Shown: positions 49,330-58,374 of the stretch, one piece after another | Position numbering within the stretch: position 1 is the first letter of the stretch | Layout of the letters: each line of letters starts with the position of its first letter | From: Candidatus Poribacteria bacterium | GTDB lineage: Bacteria > Poribacteria > WGA-4E > WGA-3G | Reading direction: 5' to 3' | Assembly (NCBI GenBank): GCA_028821605.1 | Contig: JAPPFM010000016.1 | Coordinates: forward strand, 5,785 to 69,784 | DNA length: 64,000 nucleotides | Made by a program: the position numbers and the translations under genes | The notes under the pieces: generated by a model | The model's database searches: none | Seen by the model: only the letters and a program-made list of their open reading frames with translations | Told to the model about the DNA's origin: nothing

Positions 49330-52113
49330 ATGAAAAATAGTGATGTTGAACTCATTCGCCGCACGCTTGATGGCGACGATACCGCTTTTACGCACCTTGT
49401 GAGGAAATACCAGAAGCCGGTTCACGCGCTTGCGTGGCGGAAGCTTGGTGATTTCCACACTGCTGAGGAGATTACGCAGGACACTTTCCTGAAGGCGTAC
49501 CAGAAACTGGCGACACTGAAGGAGCCGCAGCGTTTTTCGAGTTGGCTTTATGTGATAGCGGCACGCCTCTGCGTTGCGTGGCTTCGTAAAAAGCGTTTGT
49601 TGACGCAGTCGCTTGAAGAAACGAACCTCGTGCAATTAGAAAAAGCGACGTATTCAGGATATGTCGTTGAAGAGAACGAGCGAACATCTGGAGAGACCCA
49701 ACGCGAAGTCGTGAAAAAGTTGCTTGCGAAACTCCAAGAGAGTGAGCGCACGATTATAACGCTGCATTATTTCAGCGAAATGTCCAGTGCGGAGATCGGT
49801 GAGTTTTTAGGTGTATCGGCGAATACGATTCGGAGTCGTCTACGCCGCGCACAGCAACGTTTGAAGAAGGAGGAGGAGCCGATGATAAGAGAGGCTTTAG
49901 AGAATTTTCAAATCACACCGAATCTCACTGAGAATATCATGCGCGAGATTTCACATATCAAACCTGCTGCGCCATCTAATGGTAAACCGTTGATGCCGTG
50001 GGCAATTGCTGCATCTACGGTAGCAGTTGTGTTTGTGATGTTAGGTGTAGGTAACCGATACTTGTCGCGTTTCCAGAAACCTTATAATTTCGACGCGGCT
50101 TCAGAGATGACAGTGGAACTCATTGAAGCACCTGTTGTGTTGGACCTTGAATCCAAACCAGATATTCGGACGCAACTTGGGGTCTCCACCGCTTCCGGAA
50201 AAAATGACACCTCTGAACAGCAGCCTGATAATGATACAGCGTTTCAGAACAGTCAGACATGGAATTTGCCAGAAAACGCGATTGCACGTTTCGGCAGAGG
50301 TGTTATGGGTGGTTCTGACCGAGCGATTGCCTTTTCATCCGATGGAAAACGTCTCGCTGTTGCAACCGGTGCTGGCATCTGGATTTACGATGGACAGACA
50401 TATCATGAACTGGCACTGCTGACTGGACATACGGACGTTGTCCGGGCGGTTGCCTTTTCCCCAGATGGAGAGAAACTCGCGTCCGGCGGGGAAGATGGTA
50501 CACTCAAACTTTGGAATCTTGAGACTGGAGATTTTACTGCGCTTGCTGGACACATATATCATACTGACTCCATAGCATTTTCACCCGATGGGAAGATGTT
50601 CGCCTCCGGTTCGTGGGATGGTACTGTCAAATTGTGGGACACAGAAAATGGACAAAATCTTGCTACATTTGCAGAACACAAATTGTGGGACACAGAAAAT
50701 GGACGGAAAAAATTTGTAGGACACCGATCTCGGGTTTTCTCTGTAGCGTTTTCGCCTGACGGTAAAACGGTTGCCTCCGGCGCAGAAGACCATGCGATTA
50801 GGCTATGGGACGTTGAGACAGGACGAAATATCGAGACGCTCACGGGGCATAAGAATGGGGTTTTTTCAGTGGCCTTCTCACCTGATGGTGAAAAACTCGC
50901 GTCAGGGGCATTGGATGACACAGTTAAACTGTGGAATGTCTTAACAGGACGAAATCTCCAGACATTCAAGCATAGAGAGAGAGTTTTTTCGGTAGCGTTT
51001 TCGCCGGATGGCAAGCTCCTTGCTGGTGGCGCATGGCGCGGAATTAAACTCTGGAATGTTGAAACAGGCACAGAGGTCAATGGGCTTAAAGATGGTGCAA
51101 CGGTTAGATCTGGTTCTATAGCGTTTTCACCCGATGGTGCAACGCTTGCTTCGGCAGCAGTAGATCGCTTTGGTGGAACATCTGGAGAGGTTACCTTGTG
51201 GAATGTAGAAACTGGGAGAAACCGGACCACACTACATGGACATACGGAAAGGATTTCCAACATATCGTTTTCGCCTGATGGTACGACCCTCGCATCTGGA
51301 TTGTGGAGCGGAGCGGTCAAACTCTGGGACATCAAAACTGGGAAAATTATGCACACCTACAACAGAGCAGGTAATTTAGCGGTATTCTCGTCTGACGGTA
51401 AGACGCTTGCCTCAGCTGGGTGGCGTGGTATTGAACTCTGGGAAGTAGGCACGCATAAGAATATTTCCTCCCTTAAAATGCTTAGGGCGGATATTCGTTG
51501 TTTGGCGTTTTCACCTGACAGTCAGATACTTGCTTGGGGGAATGGGGATCAGGTCAAACTGTGGAAGCATGCGTCCGGATCACTGCTTGGTTTTATAGGG
51601 CTGGACATCACTACCCTGAAAGGGCATACAGATGAGGTCCGCACCGTGGCCTTTTCGCCAGATGGTAAAACCCTTGCTTCAGCAGGTAGAGATAAGACGG
51701 TAAAACTTTGGGATGTTTCCACTGGAAGAAATATCCGCACGCTTGAACATGCGTATCCGGTTGTGAATGTCGTATTTTCGCCCGATAGTGCGACCCTCGC
51801 CGCAGGAAGGGTCGGTGGAGAAATTGAGCTTTGGGATGTTTCCACTGGGCAAAATCTCGCGACATTTGGAGAGCATGGAGGTGCTGTTTTCTCAGTGGCA
51901 TTTTCACCCGACGGCACGACCCTCGCTTCGGGGGCTGGGTTCGGAGAGATCAAACTTTGGGATATAGAAACGGGACAAGAGATCGCTACATTGGAAGGGC
52001 ATACCGATATTGCCTTTTCTGTCGCCTTCTCGCCTGATGGAAAAACCCTCGCCTCTGGATCTCAAGATGGGACAGTGCTGGTATGGAACCCCGAACGAGC
52101 GATTGATCGCTAA
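49330..52113 (+). CDS. ECF sigma factor fused via a TM helix to a WD40-repeat beta-propeller domain
   Basis: ECF regions 2 and 4, TM helix, juxtamembrane RFQKPYNFDAASEMTVELIEAPVVLDL. At least 14 WD40 units (..VAFSPDGKTLASG..D.T.KLWDV.TG..). Confidence 0.8.
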   Translation: MKNSDVELIRRTLDGDDTAFTHLVRKYQKPVHALAWRKLGDFHTAEEITQDTFLKAYQKLATLKEPQRFSSWLYVIAARLCVAWLRKKRLLTQSLEETNLVQLEKATYSGYVVEENERTSGETQREVVKKLLAKLQESERTIITLHYFSEMSSAEIGEFLGVSANTIRSRLRRAQQRLKKEEEPMIREALENFQITPNLTENIMREISHIKPAAPSNGKPLMPWAIAASTVAVVFVMLGVGNRYLSRFQKPYNFDAASEMTVELIEAPVVLDLESKPDIRTQLGVSTASGKNDTSEQQPDNDTAFQNSQTWNLPENAIARFGRGVMGGSDRAIAFSSDGKRLAVATGAGIWIYDGQTYHELALLTGHTDVVRAVAFSPDGEKLASGGEDGTLKLWNLETGDFTALAGHIYHTDSIAFSPDGKMFASGSWDGTVKLWDTENGQNLATFAEHKLWDTENGRKKFVGHRSRVFSVAFSPDGKTVASGAEDHAIRLWDVETGRNIETLTGHKNGVFSVAFSPDGEKLASGALDDTVKLWNVLTGRNLQTFKHRERVFSVAFSPDGKLLAGGAWRGIKLWNVETGTEVNGLKDGATVRSGSIAFSPDGATLASAAVDRFGGTSGEVTLWNVETGRNRTTLHGHTERISNISFSPDGTTLASGLWSGAVKLWDIKTGKIMHTYNRAGNLAVFSSDGKTLASAGWRGIELWEVGTHKNISSLKMLRADIRCLAFSPDSQILAWGNGDQVKLWKHASGSLLGFIGLDITTLKGHTDEVRTVAFSPDGKTLASAGRDKTVKLWDVSTGRNIRTLEHAYPVVNVVFSPDSATLAAGRVGGEIELWDVSTGQNLATFGEHGGAVFSVAFSPDGTTLASGAGFGEIKLWDIETGQEIATLEGHTDIAFSVAFSPDGKTLASGSQDGTVLVWNPERAIDR

Positions 52114-52140
52114 ACTCCGAATTTCAGAAAAAATGCGTTG

Positions 52141-52395
52141 TAGGTTGGGTTGAACGGATTGCCGCCCAAGGCTTTCCAATCAAAGAAAACCGACCTTTAT
52201 TTCATATACCCTCCATTGTAAAGATACTAAGTGAAACCCAACATTTCCTGCATTGTAGGTTGGGTTGAACGGATTGCCACCGAAGGCTTTCCAATCAAAG
52301 AAAATCGACTTTTATTTCTTATACCCTCCATTGTAAAGATACCAAGTGAAACCCAACATTTTCGTCCGAAATTGGGTTTCACTACATTTTTTATT
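52141..52395. repeat. Two tandem copies of a roughly 112-bp MITE-like repeat (TAGGTTGGGTTGAACGG...GTGAAACCCAACAT) plus a partial third inverted arm
   Basis: Direct repeat 52141-52252 / 52253-52365, with inverted arms GTTGGGTTGAAC / GTGAAACCCAAC. Related to the copies at 28991, 56380 and 62968. Confidence 0.5.
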
Positions 52396-52427
52396 CTCCT
52401 CTTCTCCGCAAAAATTCTTTCTTTTTC

Positions 52428-52472
52428 GCGGAATTAAGCAACCGTTTTGCCCCTAAATTGCGTCACTATAGT
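52428..52472 (+). promoter_or_regulatory. ECF-fusion-type promoter (GCGGAATTAAGCAACCGTTTTG...TGCGTCACTATAG)
   Basis: Conserved promoter family upstream of 52516. Confidence 0.5.
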
Positions 52473-52515
52473 TTGATATGTTCTGAATCAAACTATCGCT
52501 TTCTGGAGGCAGCTG

Positions 52516-55500
52516 ATGAAAAACGACGATGTTGCACTTATTCGGCGAATTCTCGCTGGTGATGAAACCGCTTTTGCTGAACTTGTGAAAAGATACCAAA
52601 AGCCGGTTCACACATTGGCGTGGCGAAAAATTGGAGATTTCCACATCGCCGAGGACATTACCCAAGAGGTCTTCCTGAAAGTGTATCAAGGACTTCGGAC
52701 GCTGAAACATCCGAAACAGTTTTCTGGGTGGCTCTATGTGATTACGGCAAATTTATGTGCCACGTGGCTTCGCAAAAAACGGATACAAACACAACCTTTG
52801 GAGGACGCAGAGAGAACAATGCCACAAAGAGACGCTTATTCCCGACACGTCGTAGAAGAGCGGACAAACACCGCAGCTGAATCACAACGCGAAGTGGTCA
52901 AGAAGCTGCTCGCGAAATTGAAAGAGAGCGAACGCACAGTGATGGCACTACACTACCTTGGTGAGATGACGGTTGAAGAGATTAGCCAATTTTTAGGCGT
53001 GTCGGCAAGCACAATTAAAAGTCGTTTGAGGCGTGCCAGACAACGTTTACAAAAGGAGGAGACAATGATTAGAGAGGCACTCGATCATTTTCAGGTATCC
53101 CCGAACCTAACCGACAACATCATGCGAGAAGTCGCACATCTAAAACCTGCTGCCCCTTCTGGCAGTAAGCCGCTCGTGCCGTGGGCGATTGCTGTTTCCA
53201 CGTTAGCGGTGGTGTTGTTGATGTTGGGCGTAAGCAGCCGATATTTAGAGCGTTTCCAGAGGCCTTACAGTTTCAATGCTGCATCAGAGATGAAGGTTGA
53301 GTTGATTGATACCCCCGTTGTGCTAAACCTTGAATCCGAGCCAGATGACCGAACGCAACTTGGAAATGCCAACGCGCAGGGTAAAAACAATGGATCTGAC
53401 CAGCAAGTCAATAACGCCGCTCCGCTTGACATAGAGACAATTATCACGAAGATGAAGCACTACGATAATTCCGTCATCTCCGTAACCGGTGATTTCGTCA
53501 TGGAAAGACATAGAGGCGGTGAAATCGAGAAAGATGAGTATACATTGACGTTTGAAGGTGAGAAAGTCCGGGTCGAACGAGAAAAACAGCGTTTCGTGAA
53601 TTTACCGCTCGTTGAGTATTGGGATGGAAAACAACAATGGGGAGTGTACAGACCTGATAATCTCCTCTTCAAGGTTGAGATTGCACCTAACAAGGAAAGT
53701 CCTGTCCTCGAAAAGATTCAACAGGCGTTCAAGCAGGTAGGCATTGAAATTGCCGACGATGTCCGTATCGTCGCTGGCGATTTGTCCAATAGTTTCAAGG
53801 TCAGCGAAAAAGATAAAACCTACTTTGTCTTGTTCGTAGGACAGACAACGCTGGAGGTTTATGATGGTAATGTTGGATACAGTGTTCGACCTCAGTGGAC
53901 TATTATTCCTTCTGACCTTGATCCACGGTTTTGGCTCACCTTCCCAAAATTTGGTTCAGACAATTCCTATCTATCCGAACCGCTTTGGCAATTGCTTAAA
54001 AAACATGAGAGTGAGCTTATAGGAAGTGAGGTCCTGAACGGGGAAATGACATCCGTTATTCGCCTTAATTTACCCGCTGGGTCCTTTAAACTCTGGATTT
54101 CTCACAACATAGGTTTCCGTCCCGTTAAATTAGAAAGAACATATATTAGGGACGATGGAACTTATATTCACACTCGGGAAATTGATTATCACGAATACCT
54201 GCCGAATGTTTGGTTTCCTCAAAGAATTGAAACATCTACTGTTCCAGAGAAATTACCAGAACAACAGCAAGGAGCGAATTTCACTTTCAAAAACGTTCTT
54301 CTCACGAAGCAGTGTCAGGTAAACGCCGATGTTAGTCAATTGCTTAGCTTAGACCTATCTACAAATACATCCGTTTTTGATTACGGGGTCGGTCACCCGC
54401 GCACGGTAGGCGACCTTGAAGTCAAACCGAATTTCCAGACACAACTCGGTGGTTCCGATGTGCCAAGTCAGAACACTGGATCTGAACAGCAAGTCAATAA
54501 CGCCACAACGCCAGATTCGCTGCAATGGTCCCTGCCGGAAGGTGCTAAAGCCCGTCTCGGTAAAGGGTGGATAAATGACATCGCCTATTCGCCAGATAAC
54601 ACGCTTTTGGCGGTTGCCAGTTCTGTTGGTGTATGGCTCTATGATGTACAGACTGGACAGGAACTCGACCTACTCACAAGTCATACGAACTGGGTACGGA
54701 CAGTGACATTCAGCCCGGATGGAAAAACACTCGCAAGCGGGAACTCGGATAGCACCATCTGTCTGTGGCATGTGCAGACACGCATACTCCACAAAACACT
54801 CACAGGGTATACAGACACAGAATCGAACGTGGTGTTCAGTGCTGATGGAACCTTACTGGCAAGCGGGGGTAAGGATAACACCGTTCGTATATGGGATGCA
54901 CAGACTGGCGAACTCCAAAAAACGCTTAAAGGGCATACAAATGAGGTCTTTAGCGGGGTATTCAGTGCTGATGGCAAAACCCTCGCAAGTGGAAGTTCGG
55001 ATAACACCATCCGGCTATGGGATGTGGAAACAGGAACTCTCCATAAAACGCTCAATCTTACTGAGTTTACGGAGGAGGATACGGATATAGAAATGGGAAT
55101 GGAAATGGTGTTCAGTCCCGATGGGAATACACTCGCTACTTGGGCGTGGGGTTGGGATATTCCTATCCGTCTGTGGGACACACAGACGGGCGAACTCCAA
55201 AAAACGCTTAAAGGACAAGAAAGGGACTTTGTAAAGGACATGGCGTTCAGTCCCGATGGAAATACACTCGCAAGTGCGATGGATAACCGCACCGTCCGCC
55301 TATGGAATATACAAACAGGAGAACGCCACCGAATCCTCACCGGACATAAGCACTTTGTCTCCAGCGTAGCGTTCAGTCCCGATGGCAAAACACTCACAAG
55401 TGGGAGTTATGATACCACCCTCCGTGTGTGGGATGTACAGACCGGAGAGCTCCAAAAGACCCTGACAGGGTATATGAACGCGGTTCTAAGCGTGGCATTC

Positions 55501-56340
55501 AGTCCTGATGGAAATACCTTTGTTAATTCAATGGACGAGGACACTATCTATATATGGGATGCACAGACAGGCGCGCTCCAAAAAACGCTTATAGGGGAGC
55601 ACATGTATATGTCATCTATCACGTGTGTAGCGGTCAGTTCCGATGGCAAGACACTCGCAAGTGGTGATTATTCCCGTGCTGTCTGTCTGTGGGATGCACA
55701 AACAGGTAAACTCCGAAAGACCCCCAAAGGACATCAGGATACTGTCAAGAGCGTGGTATTCAGTCCTGATGGTAAAATGCTGGCAAGTGCGAGTTGGGAT
55801 AAAACCCTCCATCTGTATGATGCACAGACAGGCGAACTTCAAAAAACTTTCGCAGGACATACGAACTGGGTCCTGAGCGTGGTGTTCAGTCCTGATGGCA
55901 AAACACTCGCAAGTGGAAGTCAGGATCAGACTGTTCGTGTATGGGATGTGGAGACGGGTGAACTCCGTAATACTCTCAATGGGCATACGGATACTATCAA
56001 TAGTGTGGCATTCAGTCCCGATAGCAAAACACTCGCAAGTGGAAGTAAAGACAGCACCATCCATCTGTGGGACGTACAGACGGGCGAATCCCAAAAAATG
56101 CTTACAAGGCATACGGACGAGGTCACGAGTGTGGCGTTCAGTCCCGATGGAAATACACTCGCAAGTGCGAGTTGGGATAAGACTATCCATCTGTGGGATG
56201 TAGAGACAGGTGAACGCCGAAAAACTTTCACAGGGCATACAGATTGGGTCTGGAGTGTGGCGTTCAGCCCGGACGGCAAAACGCTGGTAAGTGGAAGTAG
56301 AGATGGCACGCTGCTATTGTGGGAAATCACACTCGACTGA
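52516..56340 (+). CDS. ECF sigma factor fused via a TM helix to a bipartite extracytoplasmic region (a beta-rich domain of unknown function, then WD40 repeats)
   Basis: ECF regions 2 and 4, TM helix, juxtamembrane motif RFQRPYSFNAASEMKVELIDTPVVLNL. A second linker-like motif (..LEVKPNFQTQLGG..SLQWSLPEGAKARLGKG) precedes about 16 WD40 units. Confidence 0.8.
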   Translation: MKNDDVALIRRILAGDETAFAELVKRYQKPVHTLAWRKIGDFHIAEDITQEVFLKVYQGLRTLKHPKQFSGWLYVITANLCATWLRKKRIQTQPLEDAERTMPQRDAYSRHVVEERTNTAAESQREVVKKLLAKLKESERTVMALHYLGEMTVEEISQFLGVSASTIKSRLRRARQRLQKEETMIREALDHFQVSPNLTDNIMREVAHLKPAAPSGSKPLVPWAIAVSTLAVVLLMLGVSSRYLERFQRPYSFNAASEMKVELIDTPVVLNLESEPDDRTQLGNANAQGKNNGSDQQVNNAAPLDIETIITKMKHYDNSVISVTGDFVMERHRGGEIEKDEYTLTFEGEKVRVEREKQRFVNLPLVEYWDGKQQWGVYRPDNLLFKVEIAPNKESPVLEKIQQAFKQVGIEIADDVRIVAGDLSNSFKVSEKDKTYFVLFVGQTTLEVYDGNVGYSVRPQWTIIPSDLDPRFWLTFPKFGSDNSYLSEPLWQLLKKHESELIGSEVLNGEMTSVIRLNLPAGSFKLWISHNIGFRPVKLERTYIRDDGTYIHTREIDYHEYLPNVWFPQRIETSTVPEKLPEQQQGANFTFKNVLLTKQCQVNADVSQLLSLDLSTNTSVFDYGVGHPRTVGDLEVKPNFQTQLGGSDVPSQNTGSEQQVNNATTPDSLQWSLPEGAKARLGKGWINDIAYSPDNTLLAVASSVGVWLYDVQTGQELDLLTSHTNWVRTVTFSPDGKTLASGNSDSTICLWHVQTRILHKTLTGYTDTESNVVFSADGTLLASGGKDNTVRIWDAQTGELQKTLKGHTNEVFSGVFSADGKTLASGSSDNTIRLWDVETGTLHKTLNLTEFTEEDTDIEMGMEMVFSPDGNTLATWAWGWDIPIRLWDTQTGELQKTLKGQERDFVKDMAFSPDGNTLASAMDNRTVRLWNIQTGERHRILTGHKHFVSSVAFSPDGKTLTSGSYDTTLRVWDVQTGELQKTLTGYMNAVLSVAFSPDGNTFVNSMDEDTIYIWDAQTGALQKTLIGEHMYMSSITCVAVSSDGKTLASGDYSRAVCLWDAQTGKLRKTPKGHQDTVKSVVFSPDGKMLASASWDKTLHLYDAQTGELQKTFAGHTNWVLSVVFSPDGKTLASGSQDQTVRVWDVETGELRNTLNGHTDTINSVAFSPDSKTLASGSKDSTIHLWDVQTGESQKMLTRHTDEVTSVAFSPDGNTLASASWDKTIHLWDVETGERRKTFTGHTDWVWSVAFSPDGKTLVSGSRDGTLLLWEITLD

Positions 56341-56379
56341 TTAAAATTAGACCCTATAGTAAAATAACGGGAACAGCGC

Positions 56380-56605
56380 GTAGGTTGGGTTGAACGGGGA
56401 TCCACCAAAAGCCGCATGGAAAAGATGACCTTCAAGTTCACCGAGAAACCCAAAATCACCAAGACACGAGTGAAACCCAACATATTTTCTACAACACCTG
56501 GATTGTTGGGTTTCGCTATGTCCACCTATATGAACGGTTCATTGAAAAGTGGAATTCTCCCTATAAATCGGATGGTTCTTGGTCATTACCGCTCAACCCA
56601 ACCTA
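56380..56605. repeat. MITE-like nested palindromic repeat, copy
   Basis: TIRs GTAGGTTGGGTTGAACGG / GCTCAACCCAACCTAC, with an internal GTGAAACCCAAC / GTTGGGTTTCGC pair. Confidence 0.5.
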
Positions 56606-56660
56606 CGTCTAAACTTGGATTACAATTATTCAACTCACGTTAACAGAATAGGAGAAAACG

Positions 56661-57989
56661 ATGCCGAAAGTTTTTGCCAAATCAACCTTTTCGTTTATGG
56701 CGGTGATGCTACTACTTCCCGTTATTCACATAGGGTGTAGTTCAAAGAGTCTTGATCAAAGTCAGCAAAACATTCTTGAGCAGCCTGAAAAAAACGCACC
56801 TGAACAGCATCAAAAGACGGTTCCCTCCATAAAACCGAAAGAGACAAGCATTTTCACCGTGATAGAGCTCGAAGATTTGGAATATCCAACACTCGCGGCT
56901 TCTATCCAATTACCCTTTAGCGTTCGTCCAAACAACACTATCATCCTCTCAGGAAAACACGCATACCTCACGACTGAACGCCACCTGCACGTCGTTGATG
57001 TTTCCATCCCGCAACGTCCTTCCTATCTAATATCTCTTGAGTTTCCTGATAAAATCGGCAAAGTCCTTGCTTCTGGAGACTATCTCGTTGTCGCAAGTCG
57101 AAAGAAATTTCATATTGTCGATGTCTCAGAGCCATCGCACCCTGTGCTGCAATCTACCACGCCTTTACCCCAACGAGACGCGATCAAGGACCTTGATGTT
57201 AGGGACGCTCACCTTTATGTTATCGGAGCGAATAGCACCCTATCCATTTTTTCCTTATATCGCGGACAGGCGCGACTCGTCAGGGCTGTTGAACTGGAGA
57301 AAAGATGGTGGTTGCTGAGTCTGAACGCCGTTCGCCCCGATGTGAAACAGGTTTCGCTATCAACCACAAACACTTTTCCGTCTGTTCTTTCGGAACCGCT
57401 CGCGTCTCGACGTGGGTTTTTACAACTTAGCAGCGGTAGACAAGAGAAAGTCCGCGCCTCTTCCGAGTTTATGGTTTTGGAGAGTTTGAGAGATCCGACC
57501 TGCGACCTGCTGACTTTTCATGTACACAGAGAGAATGATCCTCGGGCATTCCCAAGCGTGACATTACCAAGTGTAGACTACAACGTAGGTTTCTATAATG
57601 GCTACATGGGCTTCTATAATGTAGAACGGGAATATCGTGACCATCTCTCAGCAATAGGGGAAAAGACCCTCGTTCGCGGAAAACCGACAATTACATATAT
57701 CGTTGATGCCGGAAAGATGCAGCAAATTGCCCAAGATCCGTCGAGCGAGATGATAAATATTGAGGATAGGCGATTAACCGGACCTGTCACAGATTTTCAA
57801 ATGTCGGGGGATCTGCTTTATGTCGTCAACGCAAAAGGATTTTTTTCTGTAAAACGCCTTCATAAACCTGGACGAGATAACTATAGGTACGACCAATTTT
57901 TATCCGTCATACCGCTGCAGGCAAGTCGCCCGATAAGTCTGGCGGTTGTGGAAGGCTACGCCTTCGTATTAGCCACACCGAAAGATTGA
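56661..57989 (+). CDS. LVIVD-repeat-like lipoprotein (partner gene of the 52516 sigma fusion)
   Basis: Lipobox (VIHIGCSS). Repeated ..HLHVVDVS.., ..KFHIVDVS.., ..HLYVIG.. units resembling LVIVD beta-propeller repeats. Paralog of 61490. Confidence 0.55.
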   Translation: MPKVFAKSTFSFMAVMLLLPVIHIGCSSKSLDQSQQNILEQPEKNAPEQHQKTVPSIKPKETSIFTVIELEDLEYPTLAASIQLPFSVRPNNTIILSGKHAYLTTERHLHVVDVSIPQRPSYLISLEFPDKIGKVLASGDYLVVASRKKFHIVDVSEPSHPVLQSTTPLPQRDAIKDLDVRDAHLYVIGANSTLSIFSLYRGQARLVRAVELEKRWWLLSLNAVRPDVKQVSLSTTNTFPSVLSEPLASRRGFLQLSSGRQEKVRASSEFMVLESLRDPTCDLLTFHVHRENDPRAFPSVTLPSVDYNVGFYNGYMGFYNVEREYRDHLSAIGEKTLVRGKPTITYIVDAGKMQQIAQDPSSEMINIEDRRLTGPVTDFQMSGDLLYVVNAKGFFSVKRLHKPGRDNYRYDQFLSVIPLQASRPISLAVVEGYAFVLATPKD

Positions 57990-58290
57990 CAGTGATAAAT
58001 CTTTCTTCGTTGGTGAAATTTGTAATCTCGCCAGTTTTTGCATGGCGTGCGTGATTTTTCGTTTTTAACCCCCTAAATCCCCCTTATCAGGGGGACTTTT
58101 TCTCCTTTTTATCCGAAAACTAAATAGCCCTGAACCCGTAGTCGTATGCTTTACTATAGTCGAATCTGTGCTATAATTTTACCAATAGGAAAAGACAAGA
58201 CAGGCAGAATAATTACAATCACGCCTCACTACCCGTAATCAACAGAATAGCATCTCAAACCTCCTTTACATGAATCTGCTTTTTTCGTTT

Positions 58291-58333
58291 GCAGAATTGT
58301 GTGACTTTTTCATCGCAAATAGCGTCACTATGT
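58291..58333 (+). promoter_or_regulatory. ECF-fusion-type promoter (GCAGAATTGTGTGAC...AGCGTCACTATG)
   Basis: Conserved promoter family upstream of 58375. Confidence 0.45.
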
Positions 58334-58374
58334 GTTGAAATTAATACTGAACATTCCCTTTTTAGAGGTATCCG

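Noticed and set aside
50559-51356. 265-aa minus-strand ORF inside the WD40 gene, and similar long antisense ORFs at 54681..55397, 55612..56238 and 55926..56525.
   Set aside because: They lie antisense to strongly supported WD40-repeat coding sequence. Their products are low-complexity, Ser/Pro/Cys-rich mirror repeats, as expected from repetitive codon-biased DNA. No RBS or start-context support.
56416-56643. 75-aa and 71-aa ORFs (56416..56643, 62999..63214) and other small ORFs inside the MITE-like repeats.
   Set aside because: Their frames are not conserved between repeat copies. The sequence conservation follows the palindromic DNA structure rather than codons.
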